Assembly (NCBI RefSeq): GCF_001194135.2
Contig: NC_068985.1
Coordinates: 6,060,394-6,102,842, forward strand
Direction: 5' to 3'
Length of the DNA: 42,449 bases
Source: Octopus bimaculoides
Taxonomy: Eukaryota
How positions within the stretch are numbered: the stretch's first letter is position 1; each line of letters starts with the position of its first letter. A program made the translations under genes and the position numbers. Positions 23,796 through 34,959 of this stretch are shown one piece after another. The notes below the pieces were generated by a model, which was not told where the DNA came from, did not search any database, and saw only the letters and a list, made by a program, of their open reading frames with translations.

Positions 23796-24450
23796 CACTC
23801 ATCCGCTCACAAACACTCTCGAAGCTTTCCTATTATTAATAAACTCACTTGCCTCTCTCGCTCCAACACATCTAACCACCAAAACCTTCTTCACTCCATC
23901 TATCCATCCACCCATCCCCACAAACCGAGGTCTGACTCTAGTTCTGCGGCCTACCACTTCTGCCTTCATCACCTACCTTACCATCCGCTCCTCATCCATC
24001 CTCTCAATGTGGCCAAACCATCTCAACGTCCGTCTATCCATTTTGGTCGTTAGTTTTGCTCTCATTTCTATTCGCCTTCGCACTTCCTCATTCCACATCC
24101 TGTCCATCCGTGTCACACCAACCATAGCCCTCAAACATCTCATCTCAAGCATATCTATTCGCCTCCTTTCCTCTCCTCTCGGCCTCCACGTCTCTGCACC
24201 ATATAACATCGTCGGAACAATCACGTCCTCATACACACCTCTTTTCGCTTTCATACTGAACCTTTTATCTCTCACAATTGCTTTCACAACTCCAAGTATC
24301 TTATTCCCCTTTCTCAATCTGTGTCCCCCTTACTGAGCCAGCTCCCCTATCTGCCGTCACATGTGATCTCAAATCCTTGAAAACACTCACCTCCTCTAAA
24401 ATCTTACCATCTATACTCACATCCATTCTACCAGTCATTCTAGACAACAA
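23796..24450 (-). pseudogene. RTE-clade LINE, C-terminal part of the reverse transcriptase ORF
   Basis: LEEVSVFKDLRSHV...VIVPTMLYGAETW...EMRCLRAMVGVTRMDRMWNEEVRRR...LRWFGHIERMDEER: the LYGAETW and LRWFGH motifs are typical of RTE elements. About one frameshift and one stop. Confidence 0.85.
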
Positions 24451-25473
24451 AAGGGACGACATACAAGTGTAAATGTACACAATATAGAAATTTAGCTTTT
24501 GTTCTGGAGCAGAATTCAAAAGACAAACTCAATTAAAAAAATATGAAATTATTCGCACACACATAAATTGACAGGCACTCGCACACTTCACGTTAACATA
24601 TNNNNNNNNNNNNNNNNNNNNNNNNNNNNNNNNNNNNNNNNNNNNNNNNNNNNNNNNNNNNNNNNNNNNNNNNNNNNNNNNNNNNNNNNNNNNNNNNNNN
24701 NNNNNNNNNNNNNNNNNNNNNNNNNNTATATATATATATATATATATATGTAAGTACGAATATATTTATGGATGCAAACTTGTTTTATTTTGAATATACA
24801 TCTATGTACGCATTATGTAATCTGTTTACAATCTTTTCCCCCGTTCTTTTTCTTTAGTTTGGAAATTATGTACTTCCCTGGTTCATGGACGTTTCAAACT
24901 CATTTCAACATAACCAGCTTTAAAAGAAAACATGTCTTATGCAGCATCTACAGTCAAATTGGTCTTATTGCATAATCTATTTTATATTCAGAGTATCTGC
25001 GGTGTGAAATTTGGCGAGCACCTTTTCATTTACTGAATTCACAATTTACTTCTAAACACGGAGTATTTAGAAAAAATATTGTTATATAATTGTGGTTTAT
25101 TAATGTTTATTTTTCTCCCAAATTATCTTTCGCAAATTGTATTATACTCAGTGCTATAAACCGCATAATTCCTATAATACAGTCATGACTTTAATGCAGA
25201 TTGAATTTGTATAGTGAAAGAATTTCCCTTATCTTTTCAAAGCTCATTTGTAATGGATAATAACTCAGCGAAAAGAAAATATATTCTCTGAAGTATATCC
25301 AGTAAATATGTATAACACTCATGTATTAGTCTTTGCTGCTGCGCTAGAATTTTAAGAAATACTTCCCTACTATACCACATTACAATAAGATTCAATAAAA
25401 AACTTTTACAGAAAGTAAAATGCCGTTAATAGTAAATTTGAATGCCGCACAAAACTCTGCATGTTCCGTATCA

Positions 25474-25630
25474 GGACACTTAACCATCTAAGATAATTAC
25501 CCCCCATAGTACAATTACCCTCGATGGCAACTAGCCCCTAGGACAATTACCCCATCTCCAATATATTAAGAAGTTTTAAATCATCATCTGTTGTCCTTGT
25601 GGGGTTATTGTTCATGGGGAGGAATTGTCC
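25474..25630. repeat. Cluster of ~13-bp GGACAATTACCCC-like motifs, five direct then two inverted
   Basis: GGACACTTAACC, AGATAATTACCCCC, GTACAATTACCCT, GGCAACTAGCCCC, GGACAATTACCCC, followed by GGGGTTATTGTTC and GGAGGAATTGTCC. Confidence 0.55.
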
Positions 25631-26335
25631 TAGACTCACACGTTCATCAGAGTAATTAACAGAGATTTAAGTCACATGAGCTCTGTGTAAAGCCGGCTAC
25701 GTCCTACAAGACTGCAGTTGTGTAATATTCTGGTTATTTTCGAAACGTGGTCGCTGCTCATATGAGTGAAATACAAATTCTGTTCTCTCTGCATCGCATG
25801 CCAGTGTGAAAGTAAGAAGTGGGTAACGGACGTGAAAAGACACTTTTTTAAAGCGTATGGCTCGGCATTGGTTCCTATGGATTATATTTAGAGTCGATGA
25901 AGGGTCGCGGATGCGATGTCTGCATTGGACGAACCACCGATGTAGACATGGTGCAACTTATAACCGGTATGAGTTAGTAAGAAAGCTATTATGAATTAGA
26001 CATTTCAGAGAAAGGTTGAGCCTTTAAGTCAAGTTAAATAGATCTTTAGGTGATTATTAGGAAGTAATGCAAATATGATTTTTAAGGTTTATATTTACGC
26101 TGCATTTCTTTAATTGGGTTGCTCTTATAAACCAAATAATAATTACTGGAGAATATAAAACAATTGATTAAATAAACTAATGTTTTCGTTGCTTAAGTTC
26201 AGAAACCTGAAACATGAGAGAGAAATCATACTGCGTTGTAAAGTAAGGTAACAAACCATTAAAATGGTTTTAAGAATCAAGAAAGCCATCAGCTTAGAAG
26301 AGGGTTCAAGTTAGATCAACATTATTTTGTTGACC

Positions 26336-26990
26336 GTAAGGCGGCGAGCTGGCAGAGAACGTCAGCACGCCGGGCAAGATGCTTAGCGGTATTTCTTCCA
26401 TCTTTACGTTCTGAGTTCAAATGCCGCCGAGGTCGACTTTATATTTCATCCTTTCGGTGTCGATAAAATAAGTACCAGTTGCGAACAGGGGTCGATCTAA
26501 TCGACTGGACACCTCCCCCAAACTTTCAGGCCTTGTGCCTACGGTAGAAAAGATTATTTTAAGGCAGCAAGCCAGCAGAAACGTTAGCACGCCGGGAAAC
26601 ATGCTTTGCGGTATTTCGTCTGCCGTTACGTTGTGAGTTCAAATTCCGCCGTGGTCGACTGTGCCTTTCATCCTTTCGGGGTCGATAAATTAAGTACTAG
26701 TTACGAACTGGGATCGATGTAATCGACTTAATCCCTTTGTCTGTCCTTGTTTGTTCCCGCTATGTTTAGCCTCTTGTGGGCAATAAAGAAATAAGAAACG
26801 TTAGCACTTCGGGCGAAATGCTTAGAGTCATTTCGTTTGTCTTAACGTTGTAAGTTCAAATTCCGCCAAGATTGACTTTGCTTTTTTCTTTTCGGAGTCG
26901 AATGATTGAATACCAGTTACACACTGAGAGCGATCTAATCACCTGGATCTCTCCCCCAACATTTCGAGCCTTATCCCTAGAGTAGAAAAG
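26336..26990 (+). mobile_element. Tandem trimer of family A SINE units inside one 15-bp TSD
   Basis: Unit 1 ~26337-26558. Unit 2 ~26559-26794, ending in an alternative tail (26731-26794). Headless unit 3 26795-26990. ATTATTTTGTTGACC occurs at 26321-26335 and 26991-27005. Confidence 0.85.
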
Positions 26991-27015
26991 ATTATTTTGT
27001 TGACCTTGATTATAA

Positions 27016-27226
27016 CATTCCTTTGTATTATAGGCACAAAGGCTGAAATTTGTGGGAGGGGGTTAGTCGACTCCATTGAACGCTTTGCTAGTACTCATTT
27101 TATCAACTCCGAAGGATGAAAGGTAAAGTTGGCCTCAGCGGGATTTGAACTCAGAACGTAAAAAACAGACGCGATGCTGCAAAAGATTTGACCGACACGC
27201 TAACGATTCTTCCAACACACCGCGTT
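27016..27226 (-). mobile_element. SINE, family A
   Basis: GAAGGATGAAAGGTAAAGTTGGCCTCAGCGGGATTTGAACTCAGAACGT...GCTAACGATTCTTCC. Confidence 0.8.
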
Positions 27227-27932
27227 AAAATAATTTCGGAAGCCGAAAATTTTATCCGAAATTTGTCAGACTTACTTAATAGGGTGACAAATGCAGTGAA
27301 CATGAGAAATACGTCGAACAAGAGATGGCCATTTTTTTTCTAATGTCACATTACTGAAGGAAGTAAGAAAGTCCATGGGACGACAAAACTAATAGAACAT
27401 GACAAAGAGAAAAGAAAAAAAAAATACTAAACGTTAGGCATTGCTAATGAAATCCATTCTGAATTGTTTCCCATCCTTACAGCGATCAATGCATCGATTA
27501 CAAAGACATCCAAACACCAGATGTATTTGACAATAATGAAAAGAAAAAAGAAAAAAAAAAGACACAGATAAGAACAAATCAAATATTCAGCCAGTCAGGC
27601 AACAAAATACACGGAATAATTCTATGAAGATACGTGATGCTGCTAGAAATAACTACCTAGTTCCTTCAAATTAGAACATATCATTTTAAAGAAGGAAGAA
27701 AAAATTAGATGGTGTAGTCCATGAAGGTTTAGTTCTGAAATAAACGACACGATGTTCCCACATAGGACTCTTATAATCATATTTCTGCTTAGGAAAAGTG
27801 TAATTTGTGGTTAAAGTAGAAAAGTTTCACATGTGATAATGGCTTGAAGTTTCGATATTAAGTTTGAAGAGAATGAGAGCTGCAATTCACTCCATGATAA
27901 TGTAAAATGTAAAAGTAGAAAGTATTACGTTT

Positions 27933-28119
27933 AATATTGGTTTCAAATTTTGACACAAAACCAGCAACCCAATGCACAATTAGTAGATATTTTATCGACT
28001 CTGAAAGGATGAAAGGCAAAGTCCACCTCGGCAGAATTTGAACTCTGAATCTGAAGACGGTCCGAATGCCGCTAAGACTTTTATCCGATGTGGTAGTAAT
28101 CCAACTAACTTGCGGGCTT
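27933..28119 (-). mobile_element. Degenerate SINE, family A
   Basis: ATCGACTCTGAAAGGATGAAAGGCAAAGTCCACCTCGGCAGAATTTGAACTCTGAA...GCCGCTAAG. Confidence 0.75.
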
Positions 28120-28157
28120 AAGAAGGACTAATGGGATATTTCTGAAAACTACGATTG

Positions 28158-28601
28158 GTGTTGCACTCAACCTTGGCTGGATGGAATAAAATCGAAGAAG
28201 TTAATACATGGATGATATCATTAATTTGGTATGGAGCTAGAATCATAAAATGGCAAACTGATGAACTGAAGAAGATGAATACGAAGATGAGGAATATATT
28301 GACAAGAAAAAATCGACCTTAAGAGTGATACCGATAGATTGTACTTGTCCAGAAGAAAGAACGAAAAATGTATGATCAATTGCTAGGACTATATCGAAGA
28401 AGAGAAAAAACAACTTAGGATGGTGTTTAAATGATGCCATGGTACTTTGTTTTGAAACATGCGAAGTCCGGCTCCATTAAAACTGATAATTGTGTAAGGA
28501 AAAAGAAGAAAATACAGGAAAACAATACAAAAATAAAAAAGAAACAGCGTACAAGGAGGACATATACGGTCAGTTTGCAAGAGATACGAACGCTAAGACA
28601 A

Positions 28602-28603
<2 letters not shown>
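28158..28603 (+). pseudogene. Old R4/Dong-like RT C-terminal fragment followed by (TAA)n
   Basis: STLAGWNKIEEVNTWMISLIWYGARIIKWQTDELKKMNTKMRNILTRK..KSDTDRLYLSRR...DIYGQFARDT matches the N.I.AINTW....Y.A.II.W...EL..MD.K.R..L...SD.DRLY..R and HGQF.R motifs. (AAT)n at 28602-28698. Confidence 0.75.
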
Positions 28604-28699
<96 letters not shown>

Positions 28700-29104
28700 G
28701 TAATGTTGTCTTTATTGGTCACTAGGGCTGCACGTACACAAAAAGAGACTGTACAGCACAACGGAAAATGGGGCAAAAAACAAGAAAAGTTCTACAATGA
28801 AATAAGGTCAGAGTTTTCATGAAATGACAATTTAAAATTCTACTGGAGTTAATAAATAACATATCATCAATTTACGAACGTGCTTAGACCTCGTTGAAAT
28901 AATTTCATTTATGACATTTATTTCTGAAAGGAAAATAAATATGCTATCAATCTCTAACGTACATTAGGAGATACTCTACCCAATTTTGAATGTTTTAATT
29001 CGATATCATCACCGAGATGTGGTGGTCTATCAACATTACATGCTTTTCTATAGGTTAGGAAACTCTAAATAGTTAAGAATGCAGTATTAATTGTCTGACG
29101 TGAT

Positions 29105-29704
29105 ACCTTCATCGTGATTACTTTTGATCTTCCGTGAGCAAGGACAGCATAAATTTTGTCGCAACTATTTTCATCCATCATACCGCGCTTGGAGTTCGTT
29201 AGCAGGAGTAAAGTTCCAGGATATACCAGTCATATCAACAAGTTCGTCAATCCTTCGGTGACGATCCTCCAAGATCAGTTCATGAATTTTAATGATGTGT
29301 TTTCATTCGTTCAGGAGTTCGACGCCCGTCTTGAACGAAGTCGGCCCTTAAACGACAAGTGACCATTCCTAAAATGTGAAAACCACTCGTAAACACGTGT
29401 TTTTCTCATGGCAGCGATCTTGTAAGCATGACCATTGTTTCGGCGGCCGTTTTCCCCAGCAGAAAACAGAATTTCACAGAAGCACGCTATTCCTTCGTTT
29501 CAGCCATTGCAACTCTCAACGAACAGTGGAGAAGCACTGTAAAGCAAAGACACATCACGTGACTGTTCGACTCCAACCGACGACGCCGGTCAGCAGTCTG
29601 ATGCAGGCGAATCGAATCAAGTGGTTTCTAGCGGCCGAAGCCTGAACTACAACGGGTTTGTCCCAGATCAAACACTTCCAGTTACTTTTGAGTACCTCCC
29701 CGTA
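29105..29704 (-). mobile_element. 5' portion of a second mariner element (left TIR plus transposase N-terminus)
   Basis: The reverse complement begins TA|CGGGGAGGTACTCAAAAGTAACTGGAA (mariner-type TIR). An ATG at 29507 gives MAETKE*RASVKFCFLLGKTAAETMVML..KTRVYEWFSHFRNG...ILEDRHRRIDELVDMTGISW...KIVATKFM..LLTEDQK. Confidence 0.85.
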
Positions 29705-29792
29705 TATCAAGAGGAACATGAACATAAGTGATTAGCAAAGCTGGCTCAAAAATCAGGAATCCTTAAAAACCGGCAGAAATATTTGACTTAAA

Positions 29793-30001
29793 TAAAGTGG
29801 TGAACTTGAAGAAGCGTTTGCACACCGAACAAAATGCTTAGCGGCATTTCGTCCGTCTTCAAGATTTCAGCTAAAGTTCCGCCGAGGTCGACTTTGCCTT
29901 TCATCCTTTTAGAATCATTAAAACATGTACCAGCCGATGTAATTGATCAGTCATCTGCCCCAAACTTTCAGCCTTTGTGCTTTTTAATAGAAACGAATAT
30001 T
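29793..30001 (+). mobile_element. SINE, family A
   Basis: AAATGCTTAGCGGCATTTCGTCCGTC...TTCCGCCGAGGTCGACTTTGCCTTTCATCC...CCCCAAACTTTCAGCC. Confidence 0.8.
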
Positions 30002-31729
30002 TGTCTCAAACAGTCTTTGAGATAGTGAATACGTAGAACGTAACTTATTAATTTATAACATGAAACATGTTAGAGAAAATATTATTTCATTAAACATAAG
30101 CCTGTAAGCTGTTAAGCCTCACTTCGGTAACATAATATATTTTCGATCATGTCGCAGATGATGTAAAAGAAAAGGATTAGATTAATTTGAATTAGATGTC
30201 CGAAATGAATAGCAAAGGGAATCACAAAATACTTCAGAGTTGATTACGTGAGAGCTTAGTGAGTAAAATAAAGTTAATATAAAACGCAGCAATACCACAA
30301 ACTTTTTATACAAACACAATATCAAGAAAGTTTAAATTTGTCGATGTATCATGAATGCGGAGACATAAAAAATATAATCAAACTACAAACCAAAAGGTTA
30401 ATGGCAAACGCAGACAGTATAATTGATATTAAGTTACAATGAAACTCATTATGACATGTCCAACAATAATATAATTTAGCCACCGGTATAGCATATCATT
30501 GACAAATACAATGATACTTCTGTAAAAAAAAGGATATATTTGGTGTAATGCAACGTTAACTCAAGGGGTTTGGCGGTTACATTGCTAGGATATTCGAAAC
30601 CTTAACGTTCTAAACTGAAAACGGATTGATTTGTGTCGCCGCAGACATCATAAAGTAACATAGATCTGGATGCTAAAATATTGTTCGGCAGAAAGTTAAT
30701 AAGATATAAATTACAGAAGTCTCAAAAGTGAAATTAGAAAATTACTAGAGACATTTATAAAAATAGAACCCTATCGCAGAATAAATGGTTTACAACATAT
30801 GACAGAAAAGATATCATTCATAACTTGTAAACAGTATACAACGCTTCACAGCTTTCTACAGAATCAAATACAGAATGGTACGGTAATATGAACCCAACAG
30901 GTAACAATTAAAACAAAAATATCAGTATAAAGTCCGAACCGACGTAAAAATTATAAACAAACAACATTATAGAAGCACAGATAGAGAAACTGTAGTGTCG
31001 CAAAAGACATGGAAAACATTGCGAGACATAATATTCCAATTCAAAGTACAATTACAGAAGTTGAATAGATGCGATGTCAGAACGGCTTAAAAAATCTGTA
31101 TTTCCAAAGTTGAAATGTTGTTGATTAATAGTAGAAGTAGTAGCAGAGAATGAAAAGAAAAACTGTAAAAGTGGTTATACAGCAGAAAAATTTAAAACAT
31201 TCTAATTCTTTTTATATTATGTATGCCATTTCTGCATTTGCAATTACAACATATAATATCACTTTATAACACCGACAGGGACGTGACAAATTTGAGAAAA
31301 GATAGCTAGACAAGGATTCCATTAAAATTTATATAATTAATGAGAGTTGATGACAACCAGACAAGCAACCACTGTATATTGCAAGAATAAAAATTATCAA
31401 GAGGATAGTGAGTATGTATCGATGAATAATTTAAGGTTTCAATTATTCATGTAAATTACTTTCAAAGTCTAGTGAAAACTTGCTCTGAGCCGTTGTGAAT
31501 TACAGTGGCAAGAACAATCTTAAATCAATATTTGGTATAAAAGATTATTTTCTCACCAGAAACTGAAGAAAATTATACAAATAGTAAGACATGATAGTGA
31601 GGCAGAGCTCAATATCTGAGGACATTAACGAATGACCATGAAGTTGGTGACTATTTGTGAAAAGAATACGTTATAACAAATATACACATATCTGTAAGAA
31701 GATATCTAACACGCAGCATGATAGATATA

Positions 31730-31786
<57 letters not shown>

Positions 31787-32289
31787 NNNNNNNNNNNNNN
31801 NNNNNNNNNNNNNNNNNNNNNATATATATGTATATATATATGTATGTGTGTATGTATGTATGTATGTATGTATGTATATATAAAAGATGTATTATAATAT
31901 TATTCCACATATACAAAACCAACCATGCCAACAATCCAATATACGTCTATCATCAGCTGCCCCACAGATATCATTATGGTTTCGACACCTGGGCAGTACC
32001 ATTCAATCCGGTGGTGTCAACATTATTAATAGAAGTGTTGTTTGGGAAGAAACACCCCCAAAAAACCACAACTTTCAAACACATTTACTCTATGTACAGC
32101 AGCATTCTAACTAAATATTGGCAGGATTAAACACTGACTTTAAAGTTAAACTACAAAAAAACATATAAATATATGTACATCTGTATCGGCATTATTAGTA
32201 AACCTACAATAACTAAATTATATAATAAATAGCGACCAATCTTTAAGTCCATATAAATAATAATCCCATATATACATGTACGTGTGTGT

Positions 32290-33700
32290 GTGTGTGTGCA
32301 CCAACATATCTGTTGCATGTTTACTCTGATAAAACTATTTGTATTAAAAGAGATGTTAGGGAATATAAAAGGTTTTATCAAAAGATAAAAATATATAAGA
32401 AATATAGAAATAAATTTTGGAGTGGCTGTGTGGTAAGAAGCTGGCTTAACAACCACATGGTTCTGGGTTCAGTCCCACTGCGCGACACCTTTGCCAAGTG
32501 TCTTTTACTATGGCCTCGGGCCGACCAAAGCCTTGTAAGTGGATTTGGTAGACGGAAACTGAAAGAAGCCCGTCGTATATATGTATGTGAATGTACATGT
32601 GTGTGTGCCTGTGTTTGTCCCCCTAACATCGCTTGACAACCTATGGTGGTGTGTTTACGTCCCCGTAACTTAGCGGTTCGCAAAAACAGCCCGATAGAAT
32701 AAGTATTAGGCTTACAAAGGCGGTGCGACAAAAGGCGGTGCTCCAGCATGACCGCAGTCAAATGACTGAAACAAGTAAAGGAGTAAAGGAGTATTAAAGA
32801 GTATCAAGGTAGATACCAAAGAGTTAGTAACAAAATTAATAGCTGATAGATTAAAATGGCAGGTCTTTGGGTCTCTTTTAAATATATTCATAGAACATAT
32901 AAAGTAAACTTCAAGGGAAACCGTAAATGTAGATCAGTGGTCCCAGAAAAGCCAGAGACCGGTATACTTGTAAAGAAAGATAAAAAAATATATTTCAGAG
33001 TAAATCATTATGGTGGAATATTTTTCAAGCGGGGATATGTTTTCGTGGGTTAAAAGAAAAGAAAATACCGTGGGCTCTCGCAGTTCTATTTTGTTTATAG
33101 ATCCTTCAATGACCGACTATTTGTTAATGAAGACTACAAATGTTGTGGAACCAGTCACATATATTAATGAACCAGAAGTGCATGTGATTATAAACATAAG
33201 AAAATCCCTGCGGTATTTTGGAAACGATATTTGAGAAGCGAAACGCGAGGACGGGTTGTTTTTTGATGTATTTAACAATGAAAATATATGCTGGAAATTG
33301 AGTGAAAGTTTAGGGATATATATTCTAGATTTGTCTAGGAGACATTTTGCTGAAATAGATTGTTTTATATCAAGATGATAGCATGATTATATCGAGAAAT
33401 TTTAATGGCCATACGTTAGATAGAGTTAGGAAATTTTCATGAAACCGGACATGTTATTACCAGATACGAAATTCGGAAACAGACGTTTTCTAAACACTAG
33501 AATGAAATCTGATTAAGATACTTTAGACTATATGAGATTATGAGGGAACATACATAGAATCGATTCGCCAACCTATCCTCTTGAGAAATTTGAATGACAA
33601 CGACAGTAACAAAACTATTCTTGATATCTTCCAATAAAACTGCCTTTATGGGCAGCTGAATAATAATTAGGCATTCAGAAATAGTGAATTCTCCAATAAA
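32290..33700 (+). pseudogene. Ancient L1/Tx1-type reverse transcriptase fossil, interrupted by a family D SINE
   Basis: KKYRNKF|SINE|IKVDTKELVTKLIADRLK approximates KNYRPISLLNVDYKILAKILANRLK. KDKKIYFRVNH approximates LD.EKAFDRV.H. YQDD occurs at 33368-33379 in the expected order. Heavily mutated. Confidence 0.5.
32419..32802 (+). mobile_element. SINE, family D
   Basis: GGAGTGGCTGTGTGGTAAG...GGTTCAGTCCCACTGCG...ACCTTTGCCAAGTGTCTT...; homologous to 7664-8076. Confidence 0.88.
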
Positions 33701-34321
33701 ATCATTATAGAAAACAAAACGAGAATCTATAGTGTAAGAGAAAGAATAGGAGAGGGAAAATTTCAATTGATAAAACCCAGTGCTTGGGATAGCGGTAAGA
33801 GCAAATATAGCCTGATTCCTTAATCTAATAAATACCATTTTCTACTGTATAATATGTATCGTAACATAGTAAGTTAAGTCTTCAGTTGATCAGAGTCTCT
33901 CTTGTTATATCAGGGCATATAATGCTTGAAATTATTTATAAAGTAAACTGTTAGCCAACAACGACCATCAGCAGAAGAATTCGTGGGTATTGCACGCAAG
34001 ATATCAATTATTTCGCTAAGAAAATAATCTACAACGCTTAAGTAGAAAAAAAAACAACTGAGAAATATATATTGGGGTTACGAATGAATCAATCAAATTT
34101 CTATTTAGTAATATTCTGCATCCTCTTACAGTATACACTTATGTATTTGTCAATCAAATATTGTTCATAATTCATAAATAGTTTTCGTTGATAATTACAA
34201 GACTAACTTATCGATTTAATTGAATTTATTAAGTACGACAAGTGTTGCTGCCAATTTTTATAAAAAAAATATTTTGTAATGATCGTCATGCATTGACCGA
34301 TCAATATAATATAGAAAATGT

Positions 34322-34790
34322 AACTTGCTAACTTAACATGGCAGTTCTGGTTTAGGACACGTGTTGCTGTAATTTTGCCCCAGGAGATATGGTCTCCAGC
34401 TGTCTATACGACACGATCTGTGCCCTTATATTTTCGAACAAGGGAATCTAGCACCCCAAACTCAGCTCAAAACAATATCTGTGTATCGTGATTTTCAGGT
34501 TATTTCCCTTCATCAGCACCGAATGATCGTTCGGCTGATGAAGGGAAATAACCCGGAAATGGCGATACACAGATATTTTTTGAGCTGAGTGTGGGGTGCT
34601 AGAATCCCTTGTTCGAAAATATGATACACATCGTGTTGTATAGCCAGCTGGAGACGATGTCTCCTGGGCCTAAATTACAGCAACATTCGTCCTAAACCAG
34701 GAATGCCATGTTATGTTGGCAAATTATCTCTACTCCAAAGTACTGTTGCTGAATATCTCTTGTTGTGAGATTTAAAAATAGTAATTTTCT
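34322..34790. mobile_element. Fold-back element, copy 2 (opposite orientation), with head-to-head hammerhead-like cores
   Basis: The arms 34322-34516 and 34535-34725 are reverse complements almost to the centre. The extension 34730-34790 matches the reverse complement of 10503-10560. Flanks AATATAGAAAATGT (34308-34321) and AATATGAAAAATGT (34791-34804) match at 12/14. Confidence 0.85.
34479..34572. ncRNA. Paired hammerhead-like motifs (minus 34521-34479; plus 34535-34572)
   Basis: Minus: CGGTG-CTGATGA-AGGG aaataa CCT-GAAA-ATCACGAT-A-CACAG. Plus: CTGATGA-AGGG aaataa CCCG-GAAA-TGGCGAT-A-CACAG, lacking the 5' strand of stem I. Confidence 0.5.
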
Positions 34791-34959
34791 AATATGAAAA
34801 ATGTCGTACAAGAAGATACGCACTGATTCATAAAAGCTAAGTTTAATACATAGATTAACATAGCAATACAAATATTTTCTTGTTCAGAACTTCATGGGGA
34901 ATATACCAATGGTGCTCGCCGTTGGCTGTTATGTGTATTTCTGCTGAAAGCCATGGCTG

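Noticed and set aside
26336-26990. CRISPR-like or tRNA gene array
   Set aside because: The context is eukaryotic, and the units are SINE bodies with TSDs, not repeat-spacer units or cloverleaf tRNAs.
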